From: Selaginella moellendorffii
Lineage: Eukaryota; Plantae; Lycopodiophyta
Direction of reading: 5' to 3'
Assembly: GCF_000143415.4 (NCBI RefSeq)
Contig: NW_003314261.1
Coordinates: 6,480,817-6,544,816, forward strand
DNA: 64,000 bases
Position numbers and translations under genes: made by a program. Under the pieces are notes generated by a model. It did not search any database, was not told where the DNA came from, and saw only the letters and a program-made list of their open reading frames with translations. Shown piece by piece: positions 40,426-52,142 of this stretch. Within the stretch, counting starts at the first letter, position 1, and each line of letters begins with the position of its first letter.

Positions 40426-41795
40426 TCAGACTGTTATTTTTTGCCTCCAACGCCTATACAATAATCTTGGAATTTCATCACTCTCCACACTATCATGATT
40501 TAAACCCAATAGTAATGCCATCTCTTCTCTAATACGTCCACGCTCATGTTCAGTGGTCGAAGAACCCATCCGGTTGAGCAGATTATGGAGATGCGGATAG
40601 TGCTTGGCTAGACAATATACATGCCATAAATGATGACTGGTGTCTGTCCGATCAAATGGCTTCTGATATACCGTTCCATCTGCCATTTGGTTGATTTCTG
40701 CAGCCACCTCCTGGACTGGCCGGTTCTCTATCACCATCGCTCCAAGCCGTTTTGCAAGGTCCCCCAGAACATACGGTTTCTTCTCCCTAGTTTCCATACT
40801 GCAAGAGATGGGGTGCATTGCATATGTGTGCGTGTTCGCTGCAGTTTTAATCGGCGAGTCATCGATGATGAGGATTTCACTTGAGCTAGCAGTCCGGTTC
40901 ATCACTACAGCCTCTGGCTTGACGAAGATGGGCTTGCTACCCCTCACATGGACCATAGTCAAGCAATCCTCCTGCGTTAGGAGAAAGTCAAATGGTAATA
41001 TTACTCGCGTCTGATCGTGCATCATCTGTAGCAACGTTAATGCATTGTGGCGCATCATGGATGTCCAAACTCCCAATTGCAAATTGAACCCGGCCCTCTG
41101 TTTTAAGTGTCGCATGGTCATTATTAGATCCCGCAGTTTCTCCCGTGTGATTAATGTGAATCTGTCTCTTTTGACCAACTTGCGACCGCAGGCTTTGGAG
41201 GGTGCAATGACATTCGAGGACGAGCCACACTCATGGGAGAAAAGGACACCGTTCAGATCAAAAACGATACAGTACCTTCGCCGTGACTCTGAAATGAAAT
41301 GCGTCAGCATAAAAAATGGTACAAGTCAATTTTACCATCTACAATATTAGCGAATGTTGCTCCCGATGGTCGTTGAGAGGGTTTTGGTCGAGAAAACGTG
41401 AAGGGCGGAAATACTCTCCTCTGCAATGTGGGGTCAATCGCATCCGATGGCGTGTGGGCACATGCCATTTCAGCTGGTGCCTCCGTTGGCAAAGTGGACA
41501 TGACCGAACAGGCAGCAGGGGCGGTGTAGGGAGGTTCCAACGGCGCGTAGTTAGACGATTGGGCACACGTTGAGTCCGTTGGAAATGAGGATACGACCGG
41601 CTCGGCGGCTGGGGCGGCCTCATGTGGGTCCAATGGCGCCTGGTCACCGTCAGTTGGATACGTGGACAAGATTGACTCAGTGGTATGGGCAGCATCAAGT
41701 GGAGCGTGGTCAGCTTGCTTGGCGTTGATATGGATAGTAGCCTCCACCAGCTCTGATGACTCTTGCAGCCAAGTAGAGTCCACTGGCGGATCCAT
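40426..41795 (-). CDS. Accessory gene B, copy 2, apparently intact: Pro/Thr-rich N-terminus + FCP1/NIF HAD phosphatase
   Basis: Exon 41795-41336, a 47-nt GT-AG intron, then exon 41288-40426. HAD motifs CIVFDLNGVLF, LGVWTS, IFVKP and ILIIDDSPIK..N. Confidence 0.8.
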
Positions 41796-41924
41796 ATGCA
41801 TGTCCAAATATCTCCCTTCGATTGAGATGGTATCCTCCCGTGCTACTAAAAACAAACTCATTAGCACATTGAATCGACTATACTGTATTTACCATCAACT
41901 GCTATTGAGGAACTAGGACCGATA

Positions 41925-44900
41925 TCACTTGAGCGCACTGCTGATTCTGAAGGATTGGACATACGTTTCGACCCTTGCTTGGCACTATCCTTCCTCGACA
42001 CTAAAGGCTAGAGTTTGTAAATTCAACTGAATAATCTCTACTTACCATTTGCTCTGCGACCTACATGGACAATGTTAGAAATGGTAAAAGGTTAGGAATG
42101 GATGTATTATTATTTACCTGATGGTTTGTCTTGTATGACCTTCCTCCGCCGCTCTTTGGCCACCTCAGGCTGGCCATCGTCGTCATCATCGTCGTCGTCG
42201 TTATTGTGATCGTCACCATTGTGAGGACCATCCAAGTCCTCTTCGTCCTCCTCTTCTTTGTCCTCCTCTTCGTCCTTCTGCTCTTCCTGCTCATTATCTT
42301 TCTCTGGCTCCTCATCCCCCTCCTGCATTTCTTCCATAGGCTGCTCAGGCTGGATGGCTTGTTCTTCCAGGACCATCTTGGGAAAATCATCTGGCCGAGT
42401 CTCCATCTCAAAATACAAGACATCCATAGCCTGTTTTAGTGCGTGACCTAGGACCGTATCCTCACCCGACTGTCTTAACATGGTTTCTGCACGTTCTTGC
42501 ACCCTTCAAAGACGACGAGATGAGAAAAACGTGGCCCTGCCTTGAAAAGCTTCCCTCATCCATTGTACCTCTCCATTGAGATTGGGGAAGGGGAGTCCGC
42601 CATAGGAATCTGAGTCATGAGGTGGTGACTGCCTGCTTTCACTCAGCCCTTGATCTGCAATGAATGGCATGAGCACACACGCCATAACCGCGAGGCATTA
42701 CCTATCATCTTTTCGTTGCCCTTCTTCCTTTTCGAATCAAACGCCTCTGATCTCGACGACTGTCCAACGTGCTTTCACTTTTTATGACCACTGTCAGTTT
42801 GAGCTTGGCTGGTGCTTGCCTGTTTTGCCTTTGAAGAAGTTTCTCCTGCAAGGAATGGCATGAGACCACACGCCATTGCAAATATAATTTGTACCTCCTT
42901 TTTTCCTATTGCTTTTCTGTTTGTCCTTCTTCGATGCGCCACCAGTGCGCTTTTCAGTCCTCGTGTCTGAATATTCACAACGATCTATAATCAAAATGGC
43001 GTGAGGCCTCACGTGACCTTACCTTGTGCAGGTTGTGAGCTCGGCCCAACATGGGTATCTTCAACAGTAGCTGTTAACGCCGTTTCAGCATCTGGGGGTG
43101 GCCACGCTCCTGCATACAAAGCTTGTGAGATAACATTTAAACTTAAAGTGCATACTCACTAGGTTCGCAGAGAAGATATTGTTTTTCTTTGGCAACTGTA
43201 ATTATATGCTCCATTGAAGTCACCTCTTCAATGGAGTTTGTCACCACAACACACGGGACACCCTTGAGTAGTGCGGCTCGAAAGTATAGTCCGCCGCAGT
43301 TGTACTCGACAACGCATTTGCCCTTGGAGTCGGAAGCAGGTGACCCACCCGCTATTGCGTTGAAGACCCAGCTGAGCATTTCCCATGCTGCACCTGGAGC
43401 TTTCTTTGGATTCGAAAGCTCCATAGCCGTCTTCAGTTCCTCAGGCACGGGTAAATTGACCTCCCTCAGATCAATTCGATTGGCCTTGTCGAACGAAGCT
43501 GAGAAGTCACTCCAGTCCCACTCTGCTGCAGGACCAATAACAAGGGCGAGTGTGAAGATGCGGACATTCGTCGGTATCTTCTTCTTAGCCATTATCCCAT
43601 GGATCTCCTGCATCTCCTTGCCTTTCAACCGAGCCTTCACCTCGTTCAAGGCCTTCCAGAACTTGTGATAGGATTCGGAGTCGTAGATCATATAGTGGAC
43701 TGAAGATTCCACCTCCGCAAGTCCCACCATTAAGTCAATGATGGAGCTGACTTCTTCTGCATGAGTGATCTCCTCGTTTGTGAAGTCCATCACACAAAAG
43801 ATGTTCTTGACCTGCTCATCTCCGCGGGAAACGATGCTCCTCCACCTTTGATCCTCATCCGAATTCAAGTATACCCGGTAAGGTTCTCGATAGGCCTCTG
43901 CTGCGGGGTCGAGCTGTTTCTGAAGCCGGCGGTCGACATCAATCTTAATGAAATTTGGATACTGATCCAACTTCTCAGCTTTACTTTTCGTGGCATCCCG
44001 CAGCAGATCGATGAACTTGGGGCCCCCTTCACGTACTCGTCGATGTCTTCATTTGACAACTCCAGCGCTTCCATCATCTCTTGCGTGGTGTCAATGCTCA
44101 CCCTCTCCACGGCCACTTGCTCGAAGATCCAATCCTTCAATAGCGCACGAGCTCTCAGAGTCGTGCACAAGTCCTCGTATGTCACAATATGGCCGGGAGT
44201 CATTTTGGTCTTGTTGAAGACAACCTCACCACGTAGAAGAGCATTAGCCACTGTCAGAAGGTCGTCGTCGTCTAGAGACCGCGAGAAACGCAAGGCGTTG
44301 AGCTTCAAATCATTGGGCTTCCGGCCGTCCTCGACACCCATTGAGTTTGGCAACTCCCCGTCATGGTACCTCCTCAGCACATCTACCCATTTGTCAAAAA
44401 CAACTTTTGTCGCGAGTAGAATGTTATGGATGCTGAGTGTGTCATTGACCCCCAGTGTTTTCGAGAGAAGACTCGAGAATTCCTGCAATGGAAATGGCGT
44501 GAGGCCACATGCTATGCCACATACAACGAGGCTTACCTGCCAGGCGCTAGTTGCTAGTGCACGTCCTTCTCCTAGTTTTTGTGGCTTCTTCAGTTGAACC
44601 CAGAGCTTCCGTGTTCGTGCCAATGTCTCGTGCAGACCCGATTTGTAGCACGTTTCTTGCTTGACATTCTGCGCGTGGGAGATGTATATGATAGATCGGA
44701 GGGGCGAGTTGCCTTTTATCAGGCGGACAACTCTTGTCTTGAAGACTTTCTTCACCTCCTCGCCCACCATAATATCCACAACTATCTCTTGCATCACCAA
44801 GCTAGAATGCTGCCCGGAGACGGCATAGAACCGGATGTTCTGATCATGCAACACCTTCCTATTGATCAAGTCTGGAAACCTCATCTCGCCCTTCATTTTT

Positions 44901-45958
44901 TGGTAGTAGGGGATCACGTCTGCGATGTCGGGTGTTACTGGACTTGCCAGCATCTTCTGCTTCAATTTCTCCACCCACTCATCAGATACTAGCCTGTGGT
45001 TGTATTTGCTTTGGATGTCGATACGGCTCACGTCGATTGTATATACTTTGTTGGAATAGTAACAAGTACTATTATCTGCGACGAATTTTGCTGCCTCTTC
45101 TTGCTCTTTCTGCTCTTTGCGGCTCTTCTTTTTGGTGGGTGTAGTGTTCGAACCCGAGGCAATGGCATCACTGAGTAGCTTCTTTTTTGGAGCAGGAGAG
45201 TCGGACGTCGGCTTGAGCTTGACCACCCTTTTCTGCTTCGAGGTAGTTTCCAGATCGACCCCCTTCCCCTTTGCTTCGCGAACTGGAGTCACTCTCAACG
45301 GCTCAATGTTGGAATATAGTTTTTGAACATCGCCGTAGGTGAGGTCCGTGGATTCCATGTGATCTTCATAGACCCGCAGCGTCTTTGAAATTGTGGGCCT
45401 CCTGGACAACCTCTCCCTAGCTCCCTCTAGGAATTCCTCATAGCCGCTGCCCCCCCTCCGGGAAGCCGCTAGGATGTGCAAGGTGGATCTTGAAGGCAGA
45501 CGCTGTCTCTACCACAAGTGCCAGTCCATATTCTTGCATGGAACTGCATGGAGTGTCTGTCACTTGGATGAGGATCCCCATGCATTCTTTTCTCCCACCA
45601 TCTGTGTTGTACAGCCTCAGATCCTCACCTTCCATCCCGAAAGTCCAACTGGTGAGCTCCTCCCCCTTCTCTGCATCCACATTGACAGTGGCTGGAAGAA
45701 GAACGCAATTCCTCGCCTGTTCAGAAATGCACAACAATTAGAGCTGACAGATGAAAAGCTAGTAGCTGGAAATAACGTGAGGCCACACGCCATTCACCAC
45801 TGCATCAGATGTCTTGAGGCTGCATCCTAAGATGGCGTGAGGCTACACGCCATCTGTAACCGGACTGCACTCGAGAGCCCAATCGGTGCATGCCAATGTT
45901 GCTACTGAATGGCATGTGGCCTCATGCCATTTTCTACTTGGCCTAAAAGACTTACCAT
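41925..45958 (-). pseudogene. Accessory gene A, copy 2 (ParB-like + methyltransferase-like), with two homopolymer frameshifts
   Basis: ORFs 45438-45737, 43865-45481, 43143-43970 and 42110-42502 are colinear with copy 1. Relative to copy 1 there is a +1 at ~45450 and a -1 at ~44020. Confidence 0.7.
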
Positions 45959-46629
45959 TTGAAGCCGAATGGAGGCGTGACAACCGGACTCGCTGGCGAA
46001 TGTGCACTGTGTGTGCAGCGGATCGTAGCAGCAAGGCTACTCTGCCACTTACAGTTGGAGAGTGGCGCTGAAATCTCCCGGGACGCCAAGTGGGCTGCGT
46101 GTGGGTGGCAGAGTGGGCGGCGGAGTTGGCGGTGAAGTTACAAACTGGGTGTGTCTTGAAGTGGACGCCGATGCACACGAGTGCGATGCGAGCGCGAGTG
46201 TGATGCAAGCGCGAGTGGACGCCGATGCACACAAGAAACTTGTAGAGAAGTGGGAGCGCGAGTGGGAGCGCGATGCGAGCGCGAGTGGGAGCGCGATGCG
46301 AGTGCGAGTGTGCGAGCGCGAGTACGAAGCAAAATGCAAAACCTAACCTCACACGCGCAAAATGTCACGACGGTTGGTAATCCCGCCACGTCATCATTTC
46401 TCGGACTTGGGCGCCACCATTAATTTCTGGATCGGCGCGCGCATGCGTGAAATCCAAAAGAAATCCGCAACGTCATCATTCCTCGGACTGCATGCACGCG
46501 AAATCCAAAAGAAAGATCATGATTGGGATATCATTTAATACCCTCGCTATATTTATACCATGCATGATTGGATATTCCAAAGCATCTTGTATTTCCAAAA
46601 ATGCCAGATGTTCAGCTAAATAAATTGTC

Positions 46630-48790
46630 AGAGGATGACGTTCAAGCATGTGGGCTCATGCAATTTTGATCCCAAAAAATGCACCAAAAAATGCTCAACG
46701 TCATCTGGCGTTATCTCTTGAATGGCGTGGGGCCGCATGCCATTTTCAGGAGCACATAGGAGTATATTCCTAGAATATTCTGACACGCGCGAGATTGTTT
46801 TGAGTTTCCTGGAGATCCAACCGTTAGATCGCAACTAGATTTTACAGAATGGTATACAATGTCCTTCTTGATGACCCTGCAAAGAAGCATCTCGATCAGA
46901 CACCACATGAGACCACACGAGCCTTACAATGTTTCAGGGGCATTTGCCATAGATCCGACCGTTATTTTGCTCCAAGATTCTACAGTTTGGTGTGCATTGA
47001 CCTTTCCATCGACACTGCAAAGGGACATCACAATCAGATGCGGGATCACAAGAAACCAACTTCACTAACTCTAGTTTCACCAAGATCTACGTAAGGAGTT
47101 ATGAAATGAAAGGACCCTCTCTATTGAAATGTGTTTATGGTCCTAGGGGCATTGTGACATATCCAAGGATTTTGCATCAAGTTCTGTATTTGCATGTTTA
47201 TCAAGTTACTGAATTGCTAAACCCTAAACCCTAAACATGTGGCAAATGCTGCGTGAAGAAAGATGCCCTTTCTGGGCAAATGCTGTAAGAGGCAGATGCC
47301 GAGCAGATGTATCTCAGGCTAGTGAAGGGGACAAACGAAAGTTAGCAACCAAAGGAATGTAAGCAACCAAAGGAATATAAGTAGGGCATGTGTTTGTAAG
47401 TTTAAAAATGCCTCAACCACTTAAATTCCCAAGTAAATAAAGCTGTTTCTATTTTTGGTACAGGTAAACTTTATAGCGTGTGGGCTCATGCAATTTTGAA
47501 CCCAAAAATGCACCAAAAAATGCTCGACTAGCATTATTCTTTGAATGGCGTGTGGCCTTATATTGCCATAAATGACACAGCATAATTATTCCTTTACACG
47601 GCGAATAATCTTGGAGCACATAGGAGTATATTCCTAGAATATTCTGATACGCGCGAGATTGTTTTGAATTTCCTGGAGATCCAACCGTTAGATTGCAACC
47701 AGATTTTACAGAATGGTATACAATGTCCTTCTTGATGACCCTGCAAAGAAGCATCTCGATCGGACACCACATGAGACCACACGAGCCTTACAATGTTTCA
47801 GGGGCATTTGCCATAGATCCGACCGTTATTTTGCTCCAAGATTCTACAGTTTGGTGTGCATTGACCTTTCCATCGACACTGCAAAGGGACATCACAATCA
47901 GATGCGGGATCACAAGAAACCAACTTCACTAACTCTGGTTTTACCAAGATCTACGTAAGGAGTTATGAAATGAAAGGACCCTCTCTATTGAAATGTGTTT
48001 ATGGTCCTAGGGGCATTGTGACATATCAAAGGATTTTGCATCAAGTTCTGTATTTGCATGTTTATCAAGCTACTGAATTGCTAAACCCTAAACCCTAAAC
48101 CCTAACCCTAAACATGTGGCAAATGCTGCGTGAAGAAAGATGCCCTTTCTGGGCAAATGCTGTAAGAGGCAGATGCCGAGCAGATGTATCTCAGGCTAGC
48201 AAAGGGGACAAACGAAAGCTAGCTATAAACATGACGGGATGCAAATAGATTACTAGGCTGGTCCTGCGAAAATCAAAAACCATAATTGAAAACATTGAAA
48301 ATGCAAAAAGAAAGGTTTATAATATTTTTGAATTTTAAGCAACCAAAGGAATGTAAGTAGGGCATGTGTTTGTAAGTTTAAAAATGCCTCAGCCATATAA
48401 ATTCCCAAGTAAATAAAGCTGTTTCTATTTTTGGTACAGGTAAACTTTATAGCGTGTGGGCTCATGCAATTTTGAACCCAAAAATGCACCAAAAGATGCT
48501 TGACTAGCATTATTCTTTGAATGGCATGTGGCCTTATATTGCCATAAATGGACGTACACACACAGCATAATTATTCCTTTACACGGCGAATAATCTTGGC
48601 GCGGATCGCTGACATGGCATGGCAAAGTTCGAATCACTGACATGGCACAGCTGGATCGAGGCAAGGACATGATGTGACAAAGTTCAACCTCCGACAGCAA
48701 AGTCTAGAAGCTACTCAGTTTGAAATTTGTCAAAGGAATCATAAGATCTGGTTTGTCAGAGGATTTGATGTGACGTTCAAGCGTGTGTTA
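46630..48790. repeat. Internally duplicated non-coding block of copy 2, with CCCTAAA tracts
   Basis: ~46750-47340 repeats at ~47615-48220. CCCTAAA tracts at ~47217-47235 and ~48081-48112. Duplication breakpoints differ from copy 1. Confidence 0.85.
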
Positions 48791-49260
48791 TTTTTGAATT
48801 CTCGAACTCATTCCTAGGTCTATCATTTTTGTGCGCCGTGTTCTTGGTTCCGCTGAGCGCAGTGAGCGCTGCTTGTGTAAGCGGCGTTGTGAGCTGTGGT
48901 TTATGCGTCTACAAGCGGTTGCGGCATTGCGAGCGCCATTGCGAGCGGCAGTTTATGCGAGTGGCAGTTTGTGCGAGCGGCGCTACGAGCAGTTGCGGTG
49001 TTGCGAGCGGCGCTACAAGTAGTTGCGGTGTTGCGAGTGGCACTGTCTTTGGTGTGGCTCCTGCTTCCTCTTATCATTCGGCACTTGTGCTTCCTGGTAT
49101 GTTCACCTTGGAATGGTTTAGGACCACATTTAGAAATGGCATGAGGCCACATGCCATCTTGGGCCCTTGCAATTTCATGGCTAGCGTATTGTCATGTATG
49201 TTTTTACTTGCCTGCAGCTGTGTGACTATCAAGATGGCATGAGGCCTCATGCCATCTTTG

Positions 49261-49398
49261 GCCCCTACTCACCTATTGCCATATTCCTTTTGCCTTGCTG
49301 CAACTGTATATATTTTTGTATGGGTGACTAGTCACGCACACAAAAATATATCCAGTTGCAACAAGGCAAAAGGAATATAGCAACAGGCTAGCAGGGGC
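49261..49398. mobile_element. 138-bp foldback (MITE-like) element replacing the 5' end of the copy 2 transposase
   Basis: GCCCCTACTCACCTATTGCCATATTCCTTTTGCC...GTGACTAGTCAC...GGCAAAAGGAATATAGCAACAGGCTAGCAGGGGC is a near-perfect palindrome. It is absent from copy 1. Confidence 0.75.
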
Positions 49399-49418
49399 TA
49401 AACAACCCCGAGGGGGAG

Positions 49419-52142
49419 GTGGTAGCTGAGGGCTTAGCCACAGTTGTCGATCCAAGAGATGCGGTTGCTAATCAAGAATTGGGCTGGGATGATATTGGAG
49501 TTGCAATTTTAGAGGTTGTTGACACAGAAGAAAACAGTCTGACTATTGGAAGCATTGTGCGGTGGAAATTGAGGCATTTAGTGTTTGAGAATGTGAAGGA
49601 TTCACAATCAAACACCACTACAACTGATGACAGAACATCTCTTCATGGGAAAAGAAAGTACACCTTCCTACAGTGCAGCCAAAGGGATCTGAGCAACGAA
49701 CCGAAAAGGCAGAAAATGGCAATGGAGGTTCGAATGGTCTCGACAGTTGCTTGTTGCAAGAGGAGGTGCTGTCAACATGCTGATTGGGATGCTATTGAAG
49801 AGGAGAGAGCAAGATACAAGACATTGTCCTGGAAGGCAGCTCGCAATTTTGTGTATGAGGCATTACGGTCATCTGTTGATGCTTCAGAACATCAGGTGGG
49901 GGGCATGGTCTTCCAGAGGGGTTTGGTCTGCATGAAGGCATGGAGAATCATTTATGCAGTCCCTCGAACCACATTCTACAGAATCAAAACTGAGTTCGAG
50001 GAACAAAGGGTTCAACAGGCAGTCCATGGGAACGACGGTACGCACAAAACCAGGGGTCATGTTGTATATGGAGAGGCAATCTTCAAGAGGTTTGTCGAGA
50101 CATGTAGCGAGCAGCAACCACATAAAACCCGCCTCTTGGAAGATGGAACACGAGACACCCAACGAGTTCTCCCTTCCATGTATACCAAGGGGGCCATATT
50201 GGAAGATGTGAATCGGGAACTCCAGAGTAATGGCTACAGGAAGCTGAGCCAATCTAGATTTAGTAGATTGTGGAGCAACAGGTTCAGGGATGTGAGTATA
50301 GGAAAGTACTCCAGCTTTTCAAAGTGTGACGAGTGCACTGCTATCAAAATGGCTTTGTCGAAGAATTCTTGCAGCGCTCAAGAGCGAGAGACGTTGGTTA
50401 GAAGGCGGCTCGACCACAACATCGAGCAGAGAAGCTGCAGGACTGCATATTATCATAACAGGATTCTCTCCATGGAGAGACCTGACTCTTACCTCTGCAT
50501 CATCCACGACAAAATGGACCAGAAAAAGACGTGCTTACCTCGACTCAATCCTGCCCCCAAGGCAATCTCTTCATCCATGCAACTGCCTGTGTCTCTGTTT
50601 GGCATAATCGCTCATGGGCATGGTGCCCAGAACTATGGGAACTTCTTTGTACCTCTATGGGGTGGCGGGGGTGCAAACATGATGATTGCGTCCCTAGCAA
50701 AACACTTAAGGTCTCTGCAAAGTGCGCAGACTGAGCTGAACGGCCAACCCTTGCATAAGGCCCTTGTCGATCGAACCCCATACAGGGTTCAGCTGGAGGA
50801 GGAGCAAAGGCTTGCAGTATCGCGTGGGGCCCCATGCCATCCCAGTGAATATGTTGGCCGTCAGATTGTAGGGTTATCACGTGAGGCCTCATGCCATTCC
50901 GACGAGGCTGGTCGCCCGGTGAATGCACAGCCTCATCCAAATGAAGCAGAATCTCAAGGAAGTTCTTGCGGCCGATGTGGCCTTCCACCCCATCTTCTGC
51001 TCCAAACAGACAATGCTGGCAGTGAGAACAAAAACATGTACGTCTTCGCGTACTTGGCGATGCTTGTTGCCAAAGGCATATTTGAAACGGTTACACTTGG
51101 CTTTCTCATGGTTGGGCACACTCATGAAGACGTCGATGCCATGTTCAGTCACCTGGCAGAGTCCCTCCGGCGATCCAATGTCCTCACCCTCCCACAACTC
51201 TACGATGAATTCCAAAATTGCATCAAAGGCACTGTTGAAGCTGCACTTGTGACAGAGGTTCTAGACTTTAAGGGGTTTGTAAGAGGCTACATCAGGGACG
51301 GATCCGAAACGCTGATTGGCCACTCCAAGCCTCTTCAGTTTCATTTCAGCATGCGTGACGGTGCTCCAGTGATGAGGTACAAGATGAGAGAATGGGACAC
51401 AGTGTGGCTGCCAGTGGACGGCATTGAACTCTTCAAGAGAGATCCCATAACTGGGGAACCTATGATTCCTCAGGGTTCCCCACGGCCGATGCACCTGGAT
51501 GGACTCAAAGACCAGGAAAGTATAGTGGCCGGGATTAGACAGCATATTGCCTTCTGGAAGAGGGGGTTGGTGTTTGGTGGAGAATCCTATTTTAAGAGGT
51601 GCAAGCCTTTTCTCGAATACTGGGAGAAGATTATATCTGCTATCCAAAATGGGCCGGTTGTATATGAAGAATTGGAAGAGTCCTTTTGGCCAGAACCCAG
51701 AGCACCAGATAGTAGCGGAACAATGTCCTCTGGAAATGCAGTGACAGATAACGATGTTGAGGATCACTATTGTGGGCCGAGGAACAAGAAGCCGGATTCA
51801 GCATTCAATCCAGTACAAGTCTGCAAAGGAATGGTCGTGCTTGTCAGACCCAGTAATAAAAAACAAATGATATGGGTGGGGCGCTGCATCACTGATGCAG
51901 AGGAGGACGCGGAAACTAACTCCTTCAATGTAACTGTGGAGTGGTTCAAGCCAAGTTCCGGATATACAAAGGATTGCCTAGAAAAGAGATGGGTGCTGAA
52001 TCCAAGGGATCCCAGCATGAGCATATCGGTGGATAATGTTGTGCATGGTTGGATGCGGAAGCAGAGTGCCACCATCACCTTGCCAGACCATGCAAGAGAT
52101 GCAGCAAGAGCATTCATAACCCGGGTTCAAGGTGAGATTTAA
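49419..52142 (+). CDS. Sola-like DDD (RNase H fold) transposase of copy 2; open 907-codon frame, natural ATG lost
   Basis: CCKRRCC and FSKCDEC..H Cys motifs. Catalytic-like IIHDKMDQ, LLLQTDNAGSENKN and FLMVGHTHEDVDAMFS. Lies inside a TIR/4-bp-TSD element. Confidence 0.85.
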   Translation: MVAEGLATVVDPRDAVANQELGWDDIGVAILEVVDTEENSLTIGSIVRWKLRHLVFENVKDSQSNTTTTDDRTSLHGKRKYTFLQCSQRDLSNEPKRQKMAMEVRMVSTVACCKRRCCQHADWDAIEEERARYKTLSWKAARNFVYEALRSSVDASEHQVGGMVFQRGLVCMKAWRIIYAVPRTTFYRIKTEFEEQRVQQAVHGNDGTHKTRGHVVYGEAIFKRFVETCSEQQPHKTRLLEDGTRDTQRVLPSMYTKGAILEDVNRELQSNGYRKLSQSRFSRLWSNRFRDVSIGKYSSFSKCDECTAIKMALSKNSCSAQERETLVRRRLDHNIEQRSCRTAYYHNRILSMERPDSYLCIIHDKMDQKKTCLPRLNPAPKAISSSMQLPVSLFGIIAHGHGAQNYGNFFVPLWGGGGANMMIASLAKHLRSLQSAQTELNGQPLHKALVDRTPYRVQLEEEQRLAVSRGAPCHPSEYVGRQIVGLSREASCHSDEAGRPVNAQPHPNEAESQGSSCGRCGLPPHLLLQTDNAGSENKNMYVFAYLAMLVAKGIFETVTLGFLMVGHTHEDVDAMFSHLAESLRRSNVLTLPQLYDEFQNCIKGTVEAALVTEVLDFKGFVRGYIRDGSETLIGHSKPLQFHFSMRDGAPVMRYKMREWDTVWLPVDGIELFKRDPITGEPMIPQGSPRPMHLDGLKDQESIVAGIRQHIAFWKRGLVFGGESYFKRCKPFLEYWEKIISAIQNGPVVYEELEESFWPEPRAPDSSGTMSSGNAVTDNDVEDHYCGPRNKKPDSAFNPVQVCKGMVVLVRPSNKKQMIWVGRCITDAEEDAETNSFNVTVEWFKPSSGYTKDCLEKRWVLNPRDPSMSISVDNVVHGWMRKQSATITLPDHARDAARAFITRVQGEI

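Noticed and set aside
32487-48112. True telomere or chromosome-fusion site at the TTTAGGG/CCCTAAA tracts
   Set aside because: Only 2-4 units each, at homologous positions inside the transposon; the head-to-head orientation results from the inverted insertion.
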